Below are positions 40,101 to 51,972 of a stretch of 64,000 bases of DNA, in pieces. The notes under the pieces were generated by a model. The model searched no databases. It was not told the origin of the DNA and saw only the letters and a program-made list of their open reading frames with translations. The stretch covers positions 10,622,286 to 10,686,285 of the forward strand of contig OZ316898.1 of NCBI GenBank assembly GCA_973895155.1. Direction: 5' to 3'. The translations under genes were made by a program, and so were the position numbers. This DNA comes from Marsupella aquatica. Taxonomy: Eukaryota > Plantae > Marchantiophyta. The first letter of the stretch is position 1. Each line of letters starts with the position of its first letter.

Positions 40101-40426
40101 TTTTCCTGAAATTGGTAGTAAGTGTTGAGATCGATGATAAGGCTAGGATGGTGGTAGACAGCTGGTGGAAGACCACCAATCAGAAAGGTAGACTGATCCA
40201 TAGCTTCACGGATGTGAGAGAAGTCGATTCTAGAAGAATTCAGGGTCTGGTGGATGAGTTCGGGGGTTTTGATCTTGTAATTGGTGGTAGTCCCTGTAAT
40301 AATTTGTCCGGAAACAATCGGTGCACCCGCACAGGACTAGCAGGGCCAGCATCTGTGACCTTTTTTGAGTTCCCCCGGATCCTAGCGGAAGTTAGAGATT
40401 ATATGAGACAGAAGGGAAGAGGATAG
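37174..40426 (+). CDS. DRM: Domains-rearranged DNA (cytosine-5) methyltransferase, ~747 aa. Exons: 37174-37390, 37596-37660, 37876-38158, 38305-38378, 38483-38654, 38771-38938, 39074-39135, 39224-40426
   Basis: All introns are GT-AG with consistent phases (2244 nt). Motifs appear in permuted order: VI (YFYFENV), VIII (RPRGYVHNLP), X (LGNSFQV), then I (VLSLFSGIGGAEVAL) and IV (DLVIGGSPCNNL, catalytic Cys intact). N-terminal UBA-like repeats are present. The exon 4 donor could be 38390 instead. A probable 5'UTR intron spans 36955-37141. Confidence 0.95.
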
Positions 40427-41825
40427 GTAAAGATCTACAGGATTTGACTGTATTTTTGTTACAACGTTTATACATTTTGCTCAAACTCTGATTGCAGTTC
40501 GGCATCTTGAAAAGCTTTAACCTTCCAAGGGCTTGCAAGTTTTGCAGCTTCATTTCCAAACAGAACTGTAATGGATATGCAGTCCATTCTTGTGTAGGAC
40601 TTGAGTTGCTTCTGCGGTATTATCTCTGCTTTCTCTCAAGGCGGAGGAGAAGGCGGAGGATTCCAGTTGATTGATTGAGTTTTCCTTTTATTTTAACCTA
40701 TTGGATGTTCTGTGATGGAGGATGACTATTCTAGCTATGGTATTGTTACGGTGGTGTTTCCCGATTGAGGCGACTGCCCTGCGATCATGTGCTCTGAATT
40801 ACGCGTCGGAGAGTAGAGGAGGAAAAGGAGGTCAGCTTTGCCAGTAGATTCGCAGATGTGGATTGTAAGTCTGCTGCCCGTCCTCTATGGTTTGTGGGTT
40901 TTTGGGAGAATCTCCATCGACGGATTCAGGAGACATTTTCCGACAAGGTTTGTGAATTATTCGAACAAATTTCAAATGTAAGGCCTTGAATTGTACAGTG
41001 TTAATCGCCCTGAATCGTCAAATGTAGGCTTAATCATCAGGCACAGAGTGAAAACCCTGTAATTTATTGGAATGTCGTTCAGATGTTGCTTCTGTATATT
41101 CTCATATGATCGCGAGGTTGGTATTTGGAACGTAGAATCTGTTGAGCTGCTTGCCACTTCGAGAGCATTTCAAAGTGGCTTCGAGAGCATTTCAAAGTGG
41201 CCGTGAAACGAAAGGGATCCCGATATGGGCACTTAAAGCGGCTGTTGTAGCCTTGGATGCAAGATCAATACACTCTGCACTGTAATCGACCGGAATTCAA
41301 ACGGATCCGGTGTATGGCGTTGCTATACTATGCAAAACCGCCAGCGTATGGTCTTCAGTAAAATTTGACAGTGAGACCCGAAGTTGAGCAGGGCTTGATG
41401 CAGCAAAACCAACAAGTGAGCACAGAGGTTTCGGAGTCAATGACACCGGAACAAGACCCTGATTTTTGCTTTCGTTCATCCCATTTTCTGTAAACAGAAC
41501 AGTGAGCCTTGTGTTAGATACTGAGACGTGTTGGCTGATAGGATAGGTTTTCAAGTTGGTACCAGGCTTTGCCATGTCCGTGTAGTACACACATGTTTTC
41601 CTGTTTAGGACTTGGTGGAGACATAGTTTGACCATATGGCTTTCTGCCAGTGAGGCTGCACTTGTTATCAGTTTCTAAACAGACAATTCCTCATTTTATG
41701 AAGTAGGAAGACATTTTTGCTACTTTTCTCATACACACCATGTTTGTGCCTGACAATAGTAACCCATCTTAAAAGTTTTTCTGATGAATGAGCCTTTCGG
41801 CTGTTCAGTAGCAGGTATTGTTAAT

Positions 41826-41916
41826 AGGTATTTGGCTCTTTCTTTGATACTTGGTGTAGTGCTTCTGCAAGAGGTATTTGGCTCTTTCTTTGATACTTGG
41901 TGTAGTGCTTCTGCAA
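41826..41916. repeat. Perfect tandem duplication, 2 x 46 bp
   Basis: aggtatttggctctttctttgatacttggtgtagtgcttctgcaag occurs twice. Confidence 0.9.
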
Positions 41917-43118
41917 GCCCATCGGCAAGACCCACCTAGCAATGAGACTGTACTGGGCTTTCTCGAAAAGTCTGCCTAACCTTCAGAGTCCACAATCTGA
42001 CTTGACGGGTGAGTATCTCAAGACATTGATCATGAGGATCTGCGCGGAGATACCAAATGGAGCACCAAGAGAGTCAAAGGGAGAGCAACTTTGACAATCG
42101 ATTATCCTGTCTGCTGCTGGTTGTGGTGACTACAGATCTACGAAAGTTTACTTAGTTGTTTCTTTGAGCTTCTATCATCGGTAAGTGACGGATTCTGGTC
42201 AGAATTCTTTTCTTATGTTTGTGAACTTTTGGCCTCCCTTGAAAGCTTCTGAACATTGCTGACTAGAGATTGTCTCCAGCATCTTCATTTTGTTCGCATG
42301 ACCCAGTAACTCGCGACAGAGTCTCTAGGAATTATGTAGATGATATGAAGCGGATCTTCGTTGACAGGTTATTGGTGGGGATATTTCCACAAGGGATTTA
42401 CAAAGTTAACGGAGGTATGATGGCGTCAAGTCTGCCTCTTTGGTTCTCTCAAGTTGATTATAGTGGAGTGCAAAGAGTCCTCCAGCCTTCGTTATCAAAT
42501 TTTGTCAGCAGCACAGTGCACTGGGATTGCTGGAGCAGCTGGCCTTATTGGATATAATATGGTTGGGATGTGGCCTCTAGAGTGGAAGTTCCAGTCACCT
42601 GTCAAGATGTCTCAGATTTTTCTTAATTACATTCCAACCAGATGTTGGTCCAAACCTGTGAATCATCCCGTGATAATAAAGTGTGACATTGAGAGAACAC
42701 CCGGGTGACTAAGAGTGACTGAGAGAACACCCGGGAGAAGTGTGACACTGAAAGAACACTGAAACCCTAAACCCTAAACACTGAGAGACCACCTGGGAGA
42801 AGTCACCCTATCCCCGTTTCTGATTCAAGAGTTGTTTAATCTTGTGCTCCCCTGTGCACACCATCAACATGTACCACAACATATTCAAAACCAGATGTCT
42901 GGCCCATTCGGTCTAGCGATGAGACAAGATCGTTTGACAAGATCGTTTGCCAAGATTCGGACTAGCGATGAGAGATGTACCATGTCAAACGATTCGGACT
43001 AGCGATGCGCCTTGTCAAACTTGAATTCAAGCTTCTTGAGCAAGGTGAGTACCATCTGCTGTTCCGGATACCATGAGCGAAGGGGATCCCAAGGAGCCTA
43101 GTGGCCGAATGCTCGTAA

Positions 43119-44470
43119 TCACTGGATCTCAATTGGGAGCGGCTGAGGGGAAATCAAAGCAGCTTTAGTTTTCTCCCGAACACAAAATAAGCCAGAGGCC
43201 ACGCCAATTGAGATAATCTCAATTGGGAACAGAGAGTAAATCAAGGTAGCTTTAGTTTTCTCCCAAACACAAAATAAGCCAGAGGCAGCTTTAGTTTTCT
43301 CCCAAATACAAAATAAGCCAGAGGCCACGCCAACTGGATCTCAATTGGAAGCCGGTGAGATTCTAGGGTAATCATTGGATCTCAATTGGGAGCGGGTGAA
43401 GGGAAATCAAGGCAGCTTTAGTTTTCTCCCAAACACAAAATAAGCGAGAGGCCACGTCAACTGATCTCAATTGGGAGCCGGTGAGGAAATCAAGGTAGCT
43501 GTAGTTTTCTCTCAAATACAAAATAAGTCTCAATTGGGTGATCTCAATTGGGAGCCGGTGAGGGGAAATCAAGGTAGCTGTAGTTTTCTCCCACATACAA
43601 AATAAGCCAGAGGCCACGCAAAATGAATCCAAGAAGCTTTAGTTTTCTCCCACATACAAAAGAATCCTGAGGCCATGCCAAATAAATCCAAGAGTAATTT
43701 GCACTAATTTGCACGCCTCAAATTCCATCACAGCCTGTATGACCATGGTGAGTACATCTGCTAATAGGTTCGACCCAATGTACAAACATCCACTGAATTT
43801 GAACCCCTTGCATGGTACCATGGCATGCCACTCAATTGAATCATAGGACTGAGAGCATCAATCATGGCAATCACAGAAAGTATGGGAGACAAAGCCAATT
43901 AAATCCAAGAGTAATTTGCACGCCTCAAATTCCATCACAGCCTGTATGACCAAGGTGATGAGTACATCTGCAAATAGATTGGACCCAATGTACAAACACC
44001 CACAGATTCAACCCCGTGCATGGTACCCTGGCATGCCTCTCATTGAATCATAGGACTGAGAGCATCAATTATGGCAATCAGAGAAAGTAATGGAGACAAA
44101 GGACAACCTTGTTGTGGTTATGTGGCTAAGCCATGGTACCCTGGCACCCTGGCATGCCTCCCATTGAATCAAAGGCTCAGAGCATCAAGCATGGCAATCA
44201 TAAAAAGTAATGGAGATAAAGGACAAGCTTTTTGAGGTGATGTGGCTAAGCCAAATGGTGTAACCATTTTTCCATTGAGAAGTGTTGCAGAGGAAGCAGA
44301 TCCATTCAGAAGTATTGCAGAGGAAGCAGAGAACTCTGTGACCCTCACGAATTGCATGAGGAGACCATGGAAGTCCACCTTCTCCATGAGCGAAAGCATA
44401 AAGGGCCACTCAAGCTCATCAAATGCCTTGGTGACGCCTTTTAAGTTTTTGAAATCGCTTGAAGTGACTG
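43119..44470 (-). mobile_element. LINE (L1-like) reverse transcriptase remnant with nested tandem amplifications
   Basis: Minus-strand motifs occur in RT order: KAFDELEWPFMLSLMEKVDF, (Q)GCPLSPLLF.IAM.DALS, SNL(L/F)ADV (decayed FADD) and FCVASGLFC.WEKT. Confidence 0.75.
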
Positions 44471-47400
44471 TGGGAAGCTCAAAGTTTTGCCGGACTAAGG
44501 GGCAGGCGTGAGAATTTTGTGCACATTGCTGGTCCGTTATTCGAATTTCTCTTTTAAACTGAAGATGATTGTTGCTCCTGTAGTTAAGCTTTTTAAAGTA
44601 GAATGTTCCTGTGGAGCACAGAAGATGGCCGTTCCTACCCTGACCCGATAACTGCACATCAAACACCGACATAAAAAACTGACACCCAAGGCGCATTTAA
44701 ATAACACTAAATGATTTAAACAGAATAATTTGGTTTATCATGGTATGGATTGACATCATAACAGCCTATTGTCCCATTTTATGCGCAACTAGGGTGACCC
44801 CTTCCATAACTCTAAGCTAGTGTGGGTTGATAAAAAAACAATTCCTGTGTGGGCTGGCACTGAGTAAGTGCATGCATAGCATGATGATGCTTGACTACAG
44901 TGGTCAGTTGATGCTAGTCAAGATCTGCCCAAGTATTTAGTCGGTCCAGAAAAGACAGGGAGCTGGAAGAAGATTCCCGGCGAGGAATGATGGGGAGATT
45001 ATCTCAAATCTGATATACTCATGCAATTGTCGCCTCTGTGACCAACATTTCTGCTTTTTCAGGGAGTAAAGAATTCAGTGACCCCAAGAACACTCTTAAA
45101 TGTCTGTCGTAACCGGCCACTGTGTCATTTTAGATCCGCATTTATACTTTGCATGTCAATAATGAGTAAAGATCAAGCGAAACCTTGCGCAAGATAATGT
45201 AAAGAGTCTGAGCTAGTGATATTATACTCACTGTCATTCTCTCTCTGAATCTTCTTCGAGCGTACCTGTGGACCCCTACCTCATTAAAATCACGTACAAC
45301 CCATCACTGATATATAACCTTTCGGCTGGCTGGCTTGCCTGACAGAAATCTTTAAAGTCCGAGCTCGTACGAACGTGAGATTTGTCAGTGGTTCTCGTGA
45401 GATCATTGTGTCAACCGATACTCAAGAAATTTACTTGTGGGGCGACAGAAGAACTTGAAGTAATGTGTATGCGCATTAATTCATGGGTACTTTTGTGCCG
45501 AACCGAAAAGCGAGGTTAGGGTCTCATCGTGAATCAATCCAGCAATGGAACAGATTTTTCCTGACTGAAGAGCTAGATCTGAAAGGTTTGAAGGATTCAC
45601 CAAACCTGTGAAAAGACACCTTGCTCCTTTGTTGAGGACAATCAGAGCTTGAACAAAGTAGACAAACCTGTGGAGACGCAATGAAGATCCCAAAGAGTGC
45701 TGGAATTTGTGTCTAGTCTCAGGAGCATGTACCTTTGGGCAATCTTCCTTTCAAGCGTTGACTTATGCGACTGAAGGCGTGCCGTGAATAATTTTACTTC
45801 TTTCGAACACGTAGCAGACTGCATTTTTATTTCGTCTGACTCGTAAGGCCTCTCGCTGCATGCTAGGAATGAGTGGTGTAGTACAGTCTCAGTGCAATGA
45901 AGGGAAGATGGGTCCACCCTTATTTCTGATCTAGCTAAAATCTGTTTGAGGGTGTGACACACATTAGGAAACTGTCCAGTGATTTCAACGTTTGTGGAAC
46001 TGGAAATTTGCCGTATTGAAGCTTCCAATTCTCCCCAGCTTAGAGGACGTCGAGTGTTCTCGATCAGTACGTGTTCACAGCAACTCACAGCCGGCTCCTC
46101 CTTTATGGGACATGAGTCAGTACAGTAGTTGTGGCCGACACATCTGAAATATATATATATAGCAAATTGAGCTAAGAAAATTCTGAGGACGTAGGAAGGT
46201 GTGAATGAAGCAAGCAGCTGGGATGACATGTGCTCCGAGAGCTTGATTCGTCGCTCAACATGTGACACGTACCATACCAGACTCACAAGATCCATGTGAA
46301 CTACGAGGAGGAAGTAAGTTAAGTTGAGTTATACATGCACCCCTACGCCTGCTTTCTTTCCATGCACTTTCATGCTGGCTGTTGTGCCAGTGAGAAGGTA
46401 CCGTACCAAACTTTGAGGTGAAGCAAAAACAGCCGTCCTCATCAAATCGTCGTTATGTACCACAGCTTCCGAAAGAAAACCATCAGTCAGACTACACTAC
46501 AACTGTAGTCTTCAACCAGGAGAACTCCTAGATTTAGGTGAAACACACAGAAAGATTTGACTAAGTAGGGCATCCTCTCCACCGATTCCAAGAAAATACA
46601 TGTAGAATCACATCAGTCTCTCGGTCTCATATCTATACAATTCGTGATACACAGAAGACATCAACCTTAATTATTCAAAGAAGCTGCAACATTTCACTAG
46701 GATAGCTGACTTGTCGGAGACTACTAGGTAATCATCGGTTAATGTAACAGACTGAAACCATCTTGATGAAAGGTAAGGTACTGTCAGATCTCATGCAGGA
46801 GGATGACTTTTTTCCATCAGATTAAGTCTGACATTGATGGTAGTAACGGAGAGAACCACAAGCCATAGAAATTTCCGTTCTGCTTCCGGTCCACATCAAC
46901 TCTATGTAGCGCTTCTTCTGACTACATCGACTGGACTGTCGACCCGGCCTTGAACCTCTCACAAGAAACGAGGAAAATAATTCTTTCACTTTTGCAGGGA
47001 ATGAGTAAGATCCAGACAGCTGATTAATTCAAATTCGACCATATGTACGACTGAGCACAAAGCGAGCCACATATGAGGTCTGTAACCTCTGCGAATGTGC
47101 TATTGGTCCAAATCCGCAAAACAATAAATGACCCAATGAAATCACAGATTCATGATTTGAGGTCCAACATATTGGCCAATGAAGAACCGACGGCTCCGTG
47201 AAAGACCTTCCGATTCCCGAGAGGTCGGACTGAAATCCATCCGGTTTTGCAGAGCAGAAGTGATGAAGTTCCAGGCCAGGCTGTTCAATATTCGCCCCTG
47301 TCCAAATCCTTTAGTTACAGGTACGACATCCTCTGCGTGATCGAGCGCAAAGCCACATGCAGTCCGCGAATTTGCTACTTATTGAAATTCCTACCCGGTA

Positions 47401-50400
47401 GAGAATGATGTCAGAAAGAACTTAGAGATTCATGACAATTGGAGTCCCAAAACCAGATAGGTAGTCGTCGATGCATCGGTCAAGTATTTCAATTCTTGCC
47501 AAAATTCACTCACTGCAAGATTTTCCTTAAATTCAGGATTAATGCAGTAGTGAATGTTTCAATGGCTACGAGTAATTCTACCTGTCGTTGGCTTAGCTTG
47601 ATTTTGCCCTCGATCCGGCCGACTAAGAGACGCATATAGTTTCAGTGCAACATAAAGCACAAAACGGACACGTAAAGTATAAACTCATTACAACTACTTG
47701 CAACGTGGATGACGTGCTTCCTCGACGGCATCAACCTCGTTGTTTTGGGTCGAAGGCGATGTGATTCTCTCTCATAAGTTGTCTTCCTATTAGTTCGGGA
47801 CCGTACATTGCACTATGAAATTAGGAGGCATAATTGTGTCCGTTCGCTTTGTTGCATGTTGATCTGGCGAATTTCCCTACTGTGAATTCATAGTCTACAA
47901 AGAAAAGAAATTGTGGGAAGAGCTTTAGTTAGTAGACTACTACTGGGTGTCAATTAAAGCTGTTGGGCTCTGACCGAGGAAATAAGTCTTGACTTTTTCT
48001 GGCCTCCGATCTTACCGACGTCGAGCTTTCCTCGATCATGGCATGCATGCAAAAGGACAGCCGCAAGCTCCATCCTGCCTCAATAGAAACGTGTGTAAGG
48101 CTTCCACAATTTTTTGGTCCAGTAAGAATGCTTTGCTTTAATTTGTGAATCTTGCCCACAATCTCAGCTTTCTAGAAAAAAGTCCGAAAAATTGCGGCAA
48201 GGCTACATGAATGCGCAGCAATGTCGGTTAGATTCTCGATGCAGAGCCAAACAAGAACGTGTGCAATAAATCGAACGAGGGCGGCTTGCATGCAGGGAGC
48301 CACAGTCTCTCCATAGCTTGCTCCCGTTGGATAGCTTGCATCACACTTGTCACATCGGGTGCAACAATCCGTCTGCACAAGCAGGATTCGACAGGCCATG
48401 CATATTCTTTGTACTTGGGCAGACTTTTGTAGTCTTTCTCCACTAAATCCATTAAAGCATTATTCCAAATTCCAAAATAAAATACAGACGACTCAGAGCT
48501 TTCAAGGTAGAGATCGAGATGATGAGCGACTGACAATGAGCAAGAACATGATTGTTCGCGGTACCGATGAACTAACACCCGTTCAGCATTAGACACAGTC
48601 AATCATGGCTGTCTCCATCAATTGACACCGCAAAGCGACGGGATGTTCTCCTCCAGACCTTTTTTCTTGAACTAGTTTGCACTCAATGAGAGTACGAGGG
48701 ACTCACCAATATACCAATTGGATCCAGTCTTTCTTTCCTGCTGTTAATGAGTTTCGCTCGACATGCAACTTTTTCATGCTCACAGAAACGAGGCGTTTTT
48801 GAAGATTGAGCTTCCAGGCCCAATCAGGCTTCCGGCCGTTGACTAAATATCTGGGAGACAATTTGCATCGATTTTCACAATTATGCGAAGAATCTCTCTT
48901 TGGAAACTAAAATACAATGATCCTAAAATGAACAGGGAACGCGAAAGTAACCAAAAAACAAAGAAGGGGCTTTAACTCTTCCCCTTTTCTCCATGGACTT
49001 ACATTGTGGATACATATTGTCTCAATTACGTAAGAGGGTTTTGATTACATAAAATTCTATGTTGTCATACCCCATGTTCTAAGTTGGCGCTTGGTTCAAG
49101 TATTCTCACTTTTGTCCTAGGTTATGTTGAGGAAAGACTACATCTACAAGGGCATCCATGAACATCCAAATATACAAGGGCAACATCCAAATAACAAGTA
49201 GTGGACTTAGAGATGTGTGGTCCACCTCAGATGAGGCTATATCTAAGATTTTCATGCCAGGTGGAATCTAGCCAGATTTTGCCACTAGTTATTTTCTTGT
49301 CATCAGCTTCATGCAAACAATGTGCTAATAATGCGATACCATCCTTTTTCCTCATATCAGTGTAAAAAATCCATATATTCAGCATGGCTGTCAAACTTAG
49401 TCACTCATTGATTTTTGTGTCATCGTTATGGAAACCACAATTTTTAGACTGATTTCAATATTTTAATGTAAAACACTGATTGTAAAAATATTGAAATGAG
49501 TCTAAAAGTTTATACTATTTTTACACTGATTTCAATATTTCCAATTTTGTGTTATTTCTTTCACAAAACCCAATATATGAACCTCCCTCTTAGCCTAAAA
49601 AACCATTTGACAATCTAGATGTCTTAAGAATGCACTAGAAATCCAAGGTACCCCACTGACTAAGGGAGGCCTGAGAGACTATGCATAACGGGATGGCTGT
49701 GATTTGCCAGCAATGCGATTTGCCAAGCTAGCAAATACTCTACCAACCTGGCTGAGTAAGGGGGGCCTGAGCCATGAATTCATAATGAATTTTGAGATGG
49801 CTGTGCTTTGCTAGGAGTGGGATTGCTAGCAAATTTTCTATCTCGCTGGCAACTATTCTGTTTACTAGCATCTTACAAACCCTTATTCCAGCCTGGCAGG
49901 AGCTAACAATCTCATTTCATAATCCATACAAAAATTGAGTGTTTCCTTTCCGTCCATGGTAGAACTGTAGCTTTTTTGCACGTACCCAAATCGATTAAAA
50001 ACTGTCACTTGTTTTCATCAAAATTAAATGACTAGGGTCCACTTTTCACCAATGGTTCTCTTGTGCCCTTTTCTGTCACGTAGTTGCAGTGGAAGTGAGT
50101 TGTAGAAGAGTAGTACTACTGTGCCTTCACTTTTGTCACGTAGTGGCAATCATAGCAAATTGCAGTAGAGTAGTAGGCTGTAGGACTGTCCTTTTGTTTG
50201 CTCTGGAAAGCAATTTAGATTGAGTAGTACAGTACTACCTTTATGGTCTTAGGGTCAGTTGGATGCCTGGCTCTCTGCATCAATGCATGCAAGCTGGTCA
50301 CTTGGGACCTATAGGGGAGGTGTTCTTCAACTGCTAATTAATAGGGGTTGTCCGGTAAGACTTACTAAGGGACACTCTAAAGTACACTAAGGGTGACTTT

Positions 50401-51644
50401 ACAAGATGTTTGGGGGCACTTGTGAGTTATTTTAACCCAAGTAAATTGGAGGGCCATTTCACACATTAAATATAGTGTCTATGGCTAAAAGCATTTTTGG
50501 AATCCTTTTATGGCCCCAAGGTCTTGTAAAGCTAAGTGTATCACAGACTGAGGACCCACTCCACCTAAATGTCACTGTATTCTTGGCTAAGTCTTTCCAA
50601 CTCTAACAAGAGAAGATCTTAGCTGGCTTTACAAGAACTCAAACGTGGGAACTGACCACACTTCACTTCACGTGAACTTGGGTCCACAATTCAAACACAA
50701 ACATGAAGTGTTGTAGGGATGAAAACCTTTGAGCATGGATCTTCGGGCTTTTTATTAGTCAAGCCTTTAGTGCATCAGTGATCTGAATCACATTGTGAGT
50801 TAGGACAGCTCTTATCTAAACCTTGAACGCTTGGTATCGGTAAGCAACAGGTGTCTTGAATCTATGAGTAATCACTTGAGTTGAGTTGGCCTAGCTTTGT
50901 TGGCTTAGTTCGCAAGCTTTCACATGTAACACCAAGAAACACTATGAGTTGTTAATGCATTTTTCTTGATTGATTAAGTCAGAAGGAGTGGAAGTAGTGA
51001 GCAGAGTGTAAGTTGCATCGGCTTGATTGGAGACTGCCACACCAAACTCAGAGAGAATGTGAGGCATTGAGAATGTTTTATTCAAGTGTGGGTTGTGTAG
51101 TCTGATAAAGACCGTCAACAGAACTAAGAAATAATGCCAATGGGTACATTCCCAGGGTGGAATACAAACATACCCAATTAAAATCAAAGAGAAGGGTGAA
51201 GTGTCGGCAGAATAGCTGTTCACAAGTCCAGTTTGCTGATGTGTACATGTTTTTTTGTCAACATGTTTTCTTGAGGTGGTCTAAAAAAATGTACAACAAA
51301 TTAGACCTCCTCTTGAGGTGGTCTAAAAGAATGGAGCAAGCGGCCACTTTGCTTTGCTTCTTGTCAAAGAATTGCATCTATTACTTCCAAACTTGACGTA
51401 TTTTGGCTCAGGTATTCTAACTTTAGTGTATGGAAGTGGCCATCAGCTTTGCTTTGGATAGAGAGAGACTAAAATGGCCCCAATTGTCTTGTAAATCCCC
51501 CCTTACAAAGGACTCGTGGGTTCACTTTTAATGCAAATGACTTAAAAGTAAGAATGGGCCAAGGGGGTCCAAAATCTGGAACACAAATGTGCTCCACATA
51601 AGCAAAAATTGGGCACCACCGCATTCCATGTGACAGGTTAGGTT

Positions 51645-51972
51645 CTCGGGGGGGTCACTATATGGAGGGTCATACATCGCGTGCGACGTTTTAGGGTTTG
51701 ACCCCCCTAACTTTAAAGTGAAAAATATTTTTTTGCAAAGCCCTTTATTTCTTAAAATTTTGTCATTTTTTATTAAAAAACCCCTAAAAACTTTATAGAA
51801 AGTATTTTTTGCAATTAAATAGGCCTATGTGTTCTTTAAAGTCGACCAATCAATAAAACATGCCCTATGTGTTCTTCCACCAAACTTTGGAAGTCTTCCG
51901 CCACACCCATTTAAATGGGCCTATACTTCGTCGCACGTGATGTGTCACTTCCGTGGAAGTGACCCCCCCGAG
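51645..51972. mobile_element. MITE (328 bp) with 8-bp TSD
   Basis: Perfect 15-bp TIR ctcgggggggtcact / agtgacccccccgag, extending imperfectly to ~44 bp (..catcgcgtgcgacg / cgtcgcacgtgatg..). The flanking direct repeat gttaggtt lies at 51637-51644 and 51973-51980. The interior is AT-rich. Confidence 0.88.

Noticed and set aside
2985-40426. RRP4 and DRM as a functional silencing gene cluster
   Set aside because: They lie over 30 kb apart with unrelated genes between them. Nothing suggests more than chance linkage.
43119-43690. CRISPR-like repeat array
   Set aside because: The context is eukaryotic, there are no unique spacers or cas genes, and the units derive from LINE RT sequence.
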